A stretch of 64,000 nucleotides of DNA, taken from Spirogloea muscicola (lineage: Eukaryota). This document shows positions 48,737 to 61,800 of this stretch, piece by piece. Positions within the stretch are counted from its first letter, which is position 1, and each line of letters begins with the position of its first letter. A model generated the notes under the pieces. It saw nothing but the letters and a program-made list of their open reading frames with translations, had not been told where the DNA came from and searched no databases. The position numbers and the translations under genes are program-made. The DNA is taken from the NCBI GenBank assembly GCA_009602725.1, contig WELB01000004.1, positions 1,097,457 to 1,161,456 on the forward strand. Reading direction: 5' to 3'.

Positions 48737-50193
48737 ATGACCGGGCGAGCGAGGCGGTCATGCGCGTCGCCGCGCCGCGCGGCGGCAACCTCGTCGAGGT
48801 CGTTGCGCGCGTCCCTCTGCCGCCGCCGTCGCCGCCGCCGCCGCTACCTCCGCCGCCATGGCCAGCCTCCGCGCTCGACGGCGCCCCAATGGGTCCCTGA
48901 GCCCTGACTCCTAAGCTCTGAACCCTAATCCTACCCCTAATCCTTAAAACCTGAACTGCCGCGGGGCGCAGGTGGAGGGCGCAGACGGCCGAACCACGCT
49001 CGCGCTGCTGCCGGCCAAGTTCCGCAAGCTCCTCTGGCTCAAGCGCGGTGCGTGTGCTCAGCTCAGGCCCCCGACATTGAACTCTAGACCTCCTCATCCC
49101 ACGTGTGCTCAGACCCTCTCGCCTCTCCACGCTGTACCCTTTGCATCAAATCCTCCACATTACATCCTTAAACCCTACGTCCTGTGTCCACTTCCTGTAA
49201 CTCTACAGCCTGATCACCACCAGATCACCCCGCCACAGCACACGAATCCAAGAGCGGCACGCGCCTGCAGCCGGCTGTGGTCACAACTTTCTCTGGATGA
49301 GTGTAGCCGCAGCACCGGCCACGCCAGACCCACTTGAACCCCTGCTGTTCGAGTAGCGCTGCTGGCTGTCAGGCCGGCTGGCGCATCCTTTCCCCATACT
49401 AAATGTTTTCCAGAGGATATTGGTCGCAACCTCAACTCCGCTCGGAACTTGCCTGCAGGCAACTATGTGATCGTGGACATTGGAGAGCGTGAGCGTGTGG
49501 AGGCAGACGGTGGCAAGGTCACAGGCACAATCATGCACGTCCTGTACAGTGACCACGTGCGCTGGCTCCAAGCAGCCCAGCTCTGGTTGGTCCCCACTCC
49601 CCACATTTGCACGGCTTCAAAGGCCAATGGAGGCTTAAGCGTTCTGCTTCACAATTGCCATTGGAGCTGAATCACAGCTTAGGGTATTTTTACTCTGTCT
49701 GGGTCATCATCCAGGCTCAGCAAGACTTAATGGGCAGGTTGGCTGTTATGGACGGATGATTGCGGAAGAACGCTGAGGGCTGCTAGATTGCCTTGAGTTG
49801 TGCAGGCCTGCGGCCTTCGCCAGCCCCCCAATGCCGCCAGTGTCCTTGGAGGAGGCCGGCTCCCATGTCAATGAGCAGGCTACACTTGCTTCTCACGAGC
49901 CTCTGCATACGTCAAAAGCAGCAGAAGGCCAGGCTGCGGAGACTAGCAGAGTGGATGCTTTGGGTGCAGTGCAGCCTCAAGCAGTGAGCTGCAAGCAGCA
50001 CGGTGCCGCAAATGGCCATTGCTTGCATTCCACCAGGGACGAGCACGAGAAGGAGGGCGAGGATGAGGTGGAGGATGAAGATGATGAAGAGGACGACCTC
50101 CTGCCCTTGGAGGCTAACTGCAATCGAATCAGAGGCCCACACAGCCAGCTGCAAGATCAAGAGTCCAGCTCCGACAGCGACGAGTTTGGATGA
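48737..50193 (+). CDS. EIF1AD: eIF1A-domain RNA-binding protein
   Basis: Exons ..48798, 48972-49047, 49459-49585 and 49806-50193 give RGGNLVEV, LPAKFRKLLWLKRGNYVIV, LWP and an acidic tail with LEANCNR. The start is uncertain. Confidence 0.88.
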
Positions 50194-50335
50194 CAGTCGA
50201 CGAATTGGTGCAAAATTTATGCTGCTTGGGCATCTTGTCATGCGATGCAACAGTAAAAGTTGCCCAGCCATTACTTTAACCAACTACTGGTCGCTCAATT
50301 GCCATTTAAGTCTCCTTTGGATGCCACCACAAAGA

Positions 50336-53300
50336 TCAGTCACGCCTGCTACGCTTGTCAGTCCTGCCGCGGGCCCCTCCCCGCCCTCTGCCCCTGCTGC
50401 CACCGCCTCCTCCCCGTCCTGGCCCGCGGTCACCAGCAGCCCCGCGCTTTCGCTTGGTGCCTCTGCCGCCCCGACTGCCAGGAGACCTGCCGGTGAAGCC
50501 GTTGGACAAGCCTTTAGCGTGGGCAGGCTTTCTGCCTCCTCGCCTCCCCTTGGTGTCGTCCTCGGGCTCCTTGCCACCAACCTTGACACCATCGGCATCC
50601 TGCTCGTCCTCGTCCTCGTCCTCCTCGTCGTCAGAGATGATGAGGGCTTCCACCACATCCTCGTCCTCAGACACCACAGGCCTGCCGTTGCTTGCAGTCT
50701 TCTGCTTGGCCCTGCCACAGCACATGTGCAAGCAGTAACTTTGGACCTCTGCCGTCTCAGCAACCCATGCCGAAAGAGCCCTTACGAGCATGCCTAATTG
50801 TTATCCACACAGGACTTAACGAGTATAGATTTAGGATAAGGTCGTTATCAGATGCACTTCAAGGTCACAGCCCGCCCAATGATTTGAACACTCCGGCTTG
50901 CGCGATTGGCAGTGAAGTGGCTCACTCCTGAGGAAGCCACTCTGTGCTGAACGCCGCCTGGCCCTCAGTGTCCTCCATGTCAATAGCAACGGTCTCCCCT
51001 TCCGCCGGCTTCCGCTGTCTGTCCGGTAGTTCTTCTGCTTCTGTAGCTTGAAGTTGATCTTTTGTGTGCCGCTTCTCGCGTCGAACCTCCACACTGAGAG
51101 AGTTCCAATGTTCGACAAGCGGTGCCCTTTTCAGCATGATTCTAAGACTGGCTGAGGACACTTCATTGTCATCGCCGCTTGAGCTCCTGCTGGCCTACTT
51201 ATGTAAGACATACACAGGAGCACAGCCAAAATCTCATCTCGAGCAACCACTTCTGAGCTCCTTCACATTCGCTCATTCAACCCTCTCTCAAATTTTCGAA
51301 GTTTTCGAAGTTTTCCAGTCAATTGTGGACATTGACCGAATAGGATAATGATCGGACCTGGAAGACGAGAGGCTGGAGCGCCGCCGCTGCGCTTGCTCCT
51401 TCAGCTGCGTGGCGTAGATGACCAGGGTGCTCCTTCCCTTATCGCGCTCATCCTGCATCAAGTTGCATCAGTAGACAACATATACGCCTTCAAGGCCACA
51501 ACATAGTGTACTCAATGAGCAAAACCACCATGCGAGCAAAGGAGTAAGCCCTCTTGTATACTTTATAAGACTGGATCTTGCTCGGATGCACAAACACCGA
51601 GTTCGTTCTTGAATGAATCAAATACAGCAACTTGTCCCCTTGTTTGACCAAGGCCACAACAAACTTGCCTGCAGAAAGGCCTTGGCAGACGCCAAGTCCT
51701 TGGGACCGAAGCTCACCCCGCTCCTTTTTCTTTCTACCATCTCGATGTTCCTCTCTATCTGAGGGCAGGAAGACAGAGGACCTCATCAGTCAGGTGTGAC
51801 TTGTGTGACACATCCTACTTACAGGCACGAGCAAGCACAAATGACTTGACATTTACATGGACATTTACATGATCAATGAGCTGCTTAGCCTGGCGCCGGA
51901 AGCGGTCCACAGTTGTCCCCTTCATGAAGCGCCGCAGCGAGATGAGTGGCACCAGGGCAAGCTCGGGAAACGCAATGGAGTACGCCCATTGCGCAAGGTG
52001 AGCAGCGAGGAGCTCCAAGGAGGTCGCCACGCAGTCCTCCTGGTACGCCCTCGTGCGCAGCACCTGCTTCGACACCTGGATGCGTGCGGGAAGTGCCCCT
52101 GACATCACAAGGACTGTGATGACATAGCGTACTACTCATACGAAAACCTTTGAAGTCCACCGTTTTTAACGACTACGTGCAAGGCTGGTCCATGTACAAA
52201 TGAAGGACAAATGGAGAAGGCAGCCCGTCACACTTGTTGAGATACACTAGAGGGCACTCGGGCAAATTACTCTTAGGACAAGATACAAGTCCATGGCCTT
52301 TCCTGCGCCGCCAGTGAGTGTCCTTGAGAGCTCCTTGGCCTGAAGTACATCCAGGAGGAGCGGCGCAACAGGAACAAGATGCCCGGAGCTCTCTGCCAGG
52401 CCGTCGAGGAGCCGAACGGCAGCAAGCCGGAGTGGGAAGTAGCGTGCTGTTGGGACAAGCTTTGCCACACCAGTGATGATCTGGCTCAGTGGATAGACCA
52501 GCGGCGCCAACGATGCTGCTGGCCCCTGCTGGCCGCCAGCCTTCATGGGGGCCGGCCGCCCGTGCGCTCGTAGGACCTGGGTCCATGCTGAAAGGCAGTT
52601 GAGATACTGCCAGTTGTATACGCTCTTGTATGCATCCTGCCATTACAATAGAATAGTAAATGAGAGAGGATCCAGAGGCAGGAGCGGGCCTGAGAAGGGT
52701 GTAGAGGCTACAAAGGGAATGCATGAAGGCCATGCGTTTTGCTGTTAAATTAAGCACATGAACTGGAACCCATAAGCAAGAGTTGAAGTGGACTCCTGCA
52801 AGTCTAAGGTGAACTATGGAAGCTGAAAAGAACTGGAGGTCCAAGGGTCCAGGCTGTGCTCAGCAGGCCCAACCTTGGTCTTCATCGTCAGCCCATTCCG
52901 GAGGATCATCGCGAGCTGGCGCACATGCACAAAGGCGTGCTGGTACGACATCTCCCGGTCGAGGCCATAGAGCTCCACCAGGCACGTCGTCATGAATTCG
53001 ATGCTCGGCAGCGTGGAAGCATTGACAAACTTGGCATGCGCAGCAAAGGTCTTGTACGCGCCCCTGAGCGCGGCGTCGAGGTACTGCTCTGGGAGCTGGA
53101 CGGCAAGCTGGCGGATGAACAGGATGGAGAGCACCGGCAGCGCACCCTCACCAGAGGCCCAGAAGTGCAGCACCAACTGCAACGGCAGTGAGGAGCAGCT
53201 TGTCAAGAGCAAGGTGGCAAAAGTACAGCTGTCCAGCATCCACAGTAAGCAACGTGCATCAAGCAAGCATGTGAGGACCTTCAGGAGCTTGCGGGCGAGC

Positions 53301-56008
53301 TTGGGGAAGGGCCCCAAGAGGGCGACGCTGGCAGTGAGCCGGCGCAGCGTGAAGCCGATCATCACGGTGTCAGTCATCTGGCCGAGGATGTGGAGCGCGT
53401 TGCCGAGGTACGAGCGAGCCAGCGGTTCAACGCGGTGCCACCGTGCACTCGTCTCGACCCCGCTGCTGCGGCCCGCCTCGGCGCTACCACGCCCCTGCCT
53501 CCTTGACTTGTCCCTCCGCTTCTTTTTGGAGCCTGCAGCACATTCTCGCATCTCCCAATTTCAGACCTCTGATTTCCAACTTCTTGGGCGCTTGAGTCTT
53601 GGTACGTGCTACATTACAATAAGCAGCTGCCTGATAAGTCAAAGAGAGTCAAGTACTAAGCGATTGCCACATAAGCAGTCGTTGTAGCTAGCCATGTACT
53701 GCCTCTCTGCAGACCAGGAAGACAGTGTGCATTCATTGCTTTATACTTACGTCTTCCATTCAGTGCATATGTGTTATTTAGAACTGTACTGTGAGCTAAG
53801 GCTTCTGAACCCGAGTTCAGCACAAAGTTGGGGGGCGTAAGGGGTGCTTGTATCGACAACGTACATCCGGATTAGAGAGCCCTGAAGAGAGAGCCCTAAA
53901 CCCTGGTCAGAAAGCCCTAACCCAAACCCTTAACCCCTTATACTCTAAACTCTAACTCTACACCCTAAATCCAAAACACCCTAAAACCTAAGTCCTGTAC
54001 CCTCAAGAAAGGCCAATTTTTGACGATCAAAAAGTGCAGAAAGCTTCTGGAATTTTTTGGCAGCACCTGTGACGGTGCTCTCGTCCCCCATGGGCCCCAG
54101 CATCGCCTGCAGGATTCCGTCCATCTCCCGCAGCACGAAAAGCATAACCTTGTTGAACACATGGCTGCTCGCGATGTTGAATGGTGAGCCTGCATCCTCC
54201 TCGCTGTCGCCATAGTGGCATGCCGCCCTGAATGCCCGCAGCAGTGACCGCGCCGCGCCGGCTGAGCGCTGTGGCGCCACCACAGCTGCGCACCATGCAT
54301 CCACCTTTGCCGACGTCAACACCTCCTTGTCGCCCGCCACCTGCGCCCACCCACTTCCCTCCCCATCCTCCTCTCCATCCTCGCCCTCCTCATTGCTTGC
54401 ATGCCGTGCCCGTGCGTCCTCCTCGCCATCGTCTCCAGTTCCGCCCTGGCAACGCAGGAGGATGGACATCAGGTGTGCCCCACGGACTGGTGTAAGAGCC
54501 CTGCAGCAACGGAATCTCAACACTGGGGCAGAGAAAGCTCCTGTTATGCAATTGTCCAATACCATCTCCCAGGGACGACACATGGAGCGAGATAACGCGG
54601 TACATTAATCAGAGCATGGCTCAATGAGTAGGTCGAATACTTGCTCATTGCCATCTCCGCCCTCGTCCTCATCACCGTCTTTGTCCTCGTCCTCAAAGTC
54701 AAGCAGCTCAGCATCATTCTCCTGGAGGTATGCAAAGAATTCTGGGTCCTGCACACATTCCATTGCAGACTAAGATATGTGCAGCATGCCTGTCGCTGCC
54801 ATCTTGGGTCAGGGTTTAAAATGACATGGAGTTCGACTCAAGAGGTAAAGGTGTAGACTTGAGAACGCTGAACTTGGGGCTAACTACAGGAGAACCACCA
54901 ACTAAGGGTTGGTGGTCGCTGTAGGTTGCGAGTGCAGGGTGAAAGACCTTGGCTCGGAGTGCCTCCAGCTCCTCACGGTGCCGCTCAATCTCCGACCGCA
55001 GCCGGTGGTTCTCAGCCTCCACAGCACTGCTGATGGCACCCACGTCCTTGTCCTCTGGATCTGCTATATCAAGAGCCCGGAAAAAGTTGCATGCACGCTT
55101 CTGTCAGACTCCACGCGCAACATGCAAGCGGTGCATAAGCCAAGTCATGCAAGGTGGCGCCAGTCAAGGAGGCTGAGGGACCGGAACAGTGGCCAGCGGA
55201 GCCCCACCGTCCTCCTCCAGCCCCAGTGGCGTGATGTCGACCACGTTGTCTTCCTCCGCCGCGCTGCCGCTCCCCAACGCCACCGCCTCGTCGTCAAGCT
55301 CGTCGGCGTCCTCCTCCACCCCGCCGTCGCCGTCGCTGCCGCTCTCGATCCCATCTCCACCGTCATCTAAGTCCTCCAGCTCCTCCTCTTCATCGGCAAC
55401 GCCGTCGCTTTCGCCCTCGCCGCCGTCGCCGTCGCCATGCTCCTCGTCGTCGTCGTCGTCCAGCAGAGTCCCGTCCATGAGCTCCTCGACCGTCATGTCC
55501 TCCACAGCCCTGTAGCATTGCACAACCGCGCGCGCAGCCATGAGAGCCGCAACCCACAGTCTCGGGGCGGCTCAGCATGGCCTGCCGCCACTACCGCCAT
55601 CGCCGCCGCCCCCTCCGACGCTTACTTCCTCGAGCCAGCTGGCTTTGAGGCGCGGGGGACGGCAGCCACCGCCGGAACGGCCGCCGGGGCTCCATGGCCA
55701 CCTGCAGCGCGCCATCGAAGGAAGCTCAGAATCGGCTCGCCATCTCACAAGCTTCGAGCTCATGGCGGCTTGCGCATCAGCCACTGCGAGCATCCACCAG
55801 GCCTTTGGCTGACATCCAACGCTCTAGCAGTCCATTCAGCCGCGGAGAATGAGAGGTCGAGGGTTCGAGCCGCCACACCATCGTGCGCGGCGGCGGGCGC
55901 GGCCCGGCGGCGCTGCGCGCGGATCTGCTTGTGGCGGCGGCGCGCCGCGAGCTCGCCGGCCAGGTGCTTGCGCACGAACTTGCGCGTGCCCTTGGGCGCC
56001 TTGCCCAT
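50336..56008 (-). CDS. NOC2: Nucleolar complex protein 2 homologue
   Basis: MGKAPKGTRKFVRKHL, LRAKDPEFFAYLQENDAELLDF, YQHAFVHVRQLA, VYNWQY, PTARYFPLRL and YSIAFPEL. Multi-exon. Confidence 0.95.
53893..53990 (+). repeat. Degenerate telomere-like (CCCTAAA) tract in a NOC2 intron
   Basis: About ten CCCTAAA/CCCTAA/CTCTAAA variants within 100 bp. Confidence 0.75.
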
Positions 56009-56403
56009 GCCGCGCCGCGCGACGCGGCCGCCGCCGCAGGCCGCGGAGGCTGCGGCCAAGGGTCCGGGGGGCTCGGGGCTGGAAGAAAAGAATGGCAGAT
56101 ATGGTAATTAAATCAGCGGCTGTAAAGGCCGGCCAGTTGTATACAGATGGGCTGTCCATGAAAAACTTGTGGAGCCACAGGAAGTATTACGTATTTAGGG
56201 TTAGGGTGTAGCGAGCACCTGCCCCGGAACCTCAAACCCCCGCCCCAAGATGGAGGAGCTGCAGACCCCGCGTCGTCATTGGCGTCAGCGTCACCTGGCG
56301 CCACCCCCGTGCCTCGTCCGCGTCAGGCTGGTGGATGCACGTGGCGGCTCGAGAGAGCAACCGGTTACCACGTCGTCCGCGCGCCCGCCGCGTGGCCATG
56401 ACG

Positions 56404-56494
56404 GCGGGTTAGCGGGATGCGCGCCGGTAAGCCCCCGGCTGCGCCCCGGAGCACGGGCCCGGGCCTTACCGGCGGGCCGTCACCGCTATCTTGC
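56404..56494. ncRNA. Long imperfect hairpin, pre-miRNA-like
   Basis: The arms GCGGGTTAGCGG...CGCCGGTAAG and CTTACCGGCG...CCGCTATCTTGC pair over about 30 bp. Confidence 0.35.
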
Positions 56495-58886
56495 AGGTAA
56501 GCCGAGGGGGATTCCACCACGTCCACAGCCAAACTGTCGTCAGTATGTTCAGGTGCATGTTCAGGTGCTGTTGAAGCAGCTACATTGCGCTTTTTCCTGA
56601 TTGCACTGTTACGTTGTTGGTTTGCGATGCTTTGACAAGCTGCAACAAAGTACTGACTGTGTTCAATAAGAAGGTATTTACTGCATGTGCAAGTCTCCAG
56701 CAAATAAGTCTCGGTGGTCGCCCTTGCCAAGCCCCAATCCTGTTCTACAATGTCGATTTGCTGGCCACGTGGTCATGCTTGGTTTTTGTTTCACCTCGCA
56801 GAGCACCTTAAGTCGCTATAAGTATACAAGCACCGGACACTGCGCATACTAAACCCCAACTTGCCAATGGCAATTATAGAAATGATACAACCCTGCAGAA
56901 GAGGAGAGTTACATTGGGTGTGACTGACTGTCCACTATCTCTTACAACCTTGGAGGAGTTGTTTGTTGAAGAAGCCTTGCACAGTGGAAAAGAAGGCATT
57001 TCTTGGTCAGAGCATGTGATAAAGTCAGCTTGACAAGGTCTTGGACGCCAGCCACAAACTAATGGAAAGGTTTGTCAGCCTGATCTTCCACACGGTAAAA
57101 ATCAGGGCAAACCGGCTTACAAGACAAGCGGGGAAGGCAAGCATTCACCTAACATGCGATCTTGTATTTCGGAAGACACCATCAGGGACCGATGGCTGTG
57201 AAAGGCCATCTTAAACGAGAAAGACAAGGTCCTTAAGAGGCTGGAACGTCACTCGCGAGTCCGCAAGGATGTGAGAGGGGGGGGGCCTGGGCTCCTTCCC
57301 CCACCTTCGGACCCCTTTCTGCAGGTTCCATGCCACTACTATGAGAAATTTCGGGTGGAAGAGAGGATGTCGACTCTTGCAACCAAGTCCTGACGTTGTA
57401 CATTATTGGTGCTGCACGTGGTCGCTGAAGGAATGGCTCGCTGCAAGAGTTTTGTGCACTGCTTCGAAGACCACTACTTTGGTCCGAGGCTGTTGAGCTC
57501 GCATGTTGAGCTCGCATGGTAGCCGCTGCTTGGTCAGCTGCATTGCTCTCCTCTGCTAGCGCCGTCCTGCTCCAACGTGAGCTACTTCCCATAAGCTGGC
57601 CAACTTCCTATAGTCACCCTTGTGGAGAGGTCTCTCCTCTTTTGCTAGTGCCTTCTCTTTCTTACATTTATAATGTCAGGGCATCACAAACCAAAACAAA
57701 AAATGGCCTAAAGGTCGAGCCACCTCTGTGTCTCTGCCTGTCAGCGTCCTTCTAGTAGCGGCAACCTCTCTTGGACATTGAATGTTCTTTGCAGGCCGCA
57801 GCTATTCGAAGCCATTCTCTATATGGAAAAAGTTGCTGCTCTGTTCCACTGAAGCCCCTTTGCAGCTAGTGCTGCTCGACCAGCTGTTCATTCTTTGGAG
57901 GGCGCCGCAGTACTGCCCGTAGTTGACGCGAAGCATCTGATAATGTCACTGAAATGAGCTATTTACTTGTTGCTTGGCAGTGCATGCCCATGTCCCTTGC
58001 ACGGCTTGTTTACAACGATGTTACGTGGTCAGGACGTCCATACCATAAGAAAGAGTGCTTGACAGATGGTTTCAGATGCTAGTCATTTAATAAGGCGGGG
58101 CGATAGAAGTATCCGTGTGCTCTTGCACAAAAGCAAAGACTGCTCCACAGTCGTTGTGGTGCAACATGGCCCGGAGTTGGTGCGGGTGATAATGACAGCA
58201 GATCGACCTTTGTAAGTTTGCCAATGTTAAAGAACGTGTCGCTTGCAGGAGTTGGCCCAATGCGCCGAAGTGTGCCCCTTTGAGAGACTGCATGCTGGGG
58301 AGCTGGTAAGTATAACGCCAGTCGTAAATTTGTAGTGAATGCTGAAACTGCATGGTAGAGACAGCTTCAGGTGCAAAGAAAGTCATTGTCGAGAGAGGAT
58401 TGATACAAAGTGATAGCAGTCGATGGTAAACTGTAGATGGAACAATCGTATGTGCAATGTGCCTTGTTACATGTTATGTTGACAACTGTGATTTCTGTTG
58501 CTCGAATTGCTGAAGTATGAAGAATCTGTTAGTAGTTGCTTGTACAAAATTCTGATTCACACACGTCTGTGGAATTATTATCAGGTACTCTCTTGCATGC
58601 TCCAAAAGTCGATACACACTCTTGATTCCGAGGAAAGTCTTTACTGTCAACATATATGCTTTGCCGTATAGTAAATAGAACATAATGCTAACTTTCTCTT
58701 GCATTGTGGAACTTTCAATTAGTGCGTAACTCTTGCGTACTGAAAAATGAGTACTCCATTATATACTAGCACTCCCGAGGACTGGGCTTCCATCAGCATT
58801 GGGCTTCGACAACAGACCCTTCCTGTAGAGGTGTGCACATTGAAGTGCAAGAGTATGTCTGAACACGTAGCTTCACCTCCCAGTGC

Positions 58887-61800
58887 TCAGATGGAGACGC
58901 TATTACAGAGACCTTCAATAGCCTCGCCTTTGTGGTTGTAGCGCTTCCTTGGAAGCATGTACGGGTATGCCACACTGCCTGCATCTATGCGTTTCCTGTG
59001 GAGACAGCAAAGAGCGTATACAAGTATAATCATATAGGTTCCAAGTTCGTCACACTGGTTGACAGATTTTGAAATGCCAAGAGCAACGTATTGTTGTCAA
59101 CACTAGCTTTTGCATGGACACACAGGATGTTAGACACACCAGTGCACCCCACACACTACATCAGAAGGTTTCTGCCTGTGAGCTGGTGATTACGAATGGA
59201 CCCCCCCTCGGTACTACTAAGCTTTTCTGGTCGAGCAACGATAATCATCATAAGCACTGGCCTTTTGATGATAGTGGAGCTGACCTGTTACGCTGCTCAA
59301 GCTCATACTGCACGTCAAGCATGGCACGTCTGAACTTCTTGTGAAGAGCTGCATAGCAGGCGCCAGGACACATGAAAACGCAAGATTACAGCCCCTGAGC
59401 TGAGATGTATAAGCTTGGCAGTGGAGCCAGTTAATGAGGTATAAGACCAATCAAAGCAGCCAACCAATTTATCAGGCCACCACTCAGCCAGTTGAGCATC
59501 CTATCAGAGTGCTTACTTGCAATAAGAGCAGGGCCAGGGGGTAGAGACAAAGAGAGACACATGTGGTGTACATTCAGGTACATTGTGTAGGAAGTATTGG
59601 GCGAGGGAAAGAGGTGTACATCGAGCAATTACCTTTCACCAGGAATCCTCCCAATCGAGCTATTATGAGAAGGTTATTGACACTGGAGGAAGGGATTTGG
59701 AAGGTGCAGTTGATTCTAGTAAGCAGGGTTGGCTCAAGGAGAATGGAGGGTTCTCACCCTGCGCCGCTGGCTCAACAGCCCACTCGTGAGCATGGGGGTT
59801 CTCCAGAGGATCATCTCCCAAGTACACCTCCTCCGGTGACCTGCCAACCAGAGACTGCATAATAGAAACGGCGAGCCCAGTGGATCGAGGGTCAGATATT
59901 GTGCATTGGGTCTACATCCCAAGTCAAGCAGCTGGGGTGGAGCTAGTCAAGCAGCTGGGGTGGAGCTGTCTCTCAAGAGCCAACTTCATATTTGGTGTTG
60001 CATATAATGTACCTTCACAATGGCCATGACAATGACGGTCTGGAGTGGGCGTGGCAAGGCTGCCATGAACTCCTTCTCTCCAACTTCACCTTCAGGCATG
60101 CCAGAGCGCATGCCAGCCGGGTGGTTGGGCTGCCATCCACTGTAGTCATACTGTGCATGCCCCCAAATGAGTGAAGTCGTCAAGGTCAAGGCTAGCAAGA
60201 GCACCAATGACCTCGTCGGCTTGCAGTGGCAAGGAAGCAGCCCTGTCACAAACGACTGCGTGCAGGCATGCTATTGGCAACACCTGAGGGAAATTGACTG
60301 CAGTGTGGACGCCAGTGGGGACCCAGATCATTGTGGTTATGATCTGCACAAGGTTCTCTGCCGTCTCCAACTTTGGCCACCCGGTCGTCTTGTCTGAAGG
60401 AGTCAGTCACTGCAAGTCACTTGACCACAGCAAGATGGTAGAGGAGCGCATTGGCTTGCGGTCTGGCATAGAGCAGAACGCTTGAAATCTGCCAAATATA
60501 TTGAGCTCAGTGGCCACACGCTTTGTGGTGGCTAAGTGCTTGCTTGGCATGCCACTTACCAGCGTGGCCCCTTTGCACATCCTGCCAAAAGGCCTGCAGC
60601 TCGTAATCGTCGGCGATGTTCTTCTTAGCAACTGCAGGATCATTACCGTAATAGAGAGCCACATACTCCCGGACATACGCCTCAATCGCCTGTGAGAGTG
60701 GACAGGGTCAAAGCTGCATCAGCCGCAATGATTCTCGCTCTCATCTGAAGATTAGGAAGGGGCATGCCAGCCTCGGCCACGGTAGGGCAGCATACATGCC
60801 AAACATCCATGCCATCGTCACGGTAGGGATAGTCCTCCACATAGTCCTTTTTCAGCATCCCACGGCGCTCAAGGTCTTTAGGCAGAGCCTGTGTGTCAAA
60901 CCCCCACTTCAATCCATAAAGGGCAGCAGCAGCCTGCAAGCACCGGATGGAAGACCACGCATCCATTAGGAGGTGCAGGTGCCGTGACTCTCAGGCCTTC
61001 TTATAGCCGCACAACTTTGCTTACGTCCGCGGAAAGGTGGCACACCCGCATGGCGAACTGGCCAGTCGATGAAGTCCGCTCGACTATGCCAGTGGGGGTA
61101 AGGCCGAGCCCAAAGCCAGCATTGATGAGAAGACGGCGAGCCTGAGCCAGTTGATGTACAAGTAGCCAGCACGTCAGGGACTAACAGCTGTTGTGAAACT
61201 TATGTCGTTCAGGTCCCAGTATAGAGACTAGCACTTGCGGATGGCATCACTACTACATGCATATTGCTAAATGTGTGCATGTTGAAGACACATGGGCTTT
61301 CAGCAAACCTCCTTGTTGATGTTCATTGTATATCGATAGTGGGGTAGCAGCAGACGGAAGATGGGGTGGGCTTCAGCCAGCTGTCGCCTCATTGAGATAT
61401 TAATGACCTGCGTAAAAAACACGAGGGGTGTGCCTTGAGATTGCAGGGAGCCCATTAGTCATAGATGACTGCAACAGAGCACCGAGTCAGAAGAAGCAGT
61501 AACACTCCAGCAAACAAGCAAACCAGCTCATCGATCATGACGCAGACACCTCAGAGCACGCATGACAGTTGGTCCAGTGGCTATCCAGCTGATGCACACC
61601 AGAGTCCACAGATGCAACATAGGCCTGCCATGTGGACACAAAACACTGGTCATGCTACTTACCTGTCAAGATTACCATGTACCAGCAATGAAGCAATATG
61701 ATGCCTAGGCGCATCATTCAAGCGAGACTCCTGTGCAATCAGCTACAACCGGTGGGGCCCTTAAGAGGAAGCAGATGCAGTGGCTAAATTTGCAGCAGGC

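Noticed and set aside
56880..58700. Possible plus-strand gene between NOC2 and LOX
   Set aside because: Candidate exons contain stops and show no recognisable homology.
59922..59967. 23-bp tandem duplication in a LOX intron (similar ones near 37162-37199 and 57491-57517)
   Set aside because: Ordinary slippage duplications with no sign of function.
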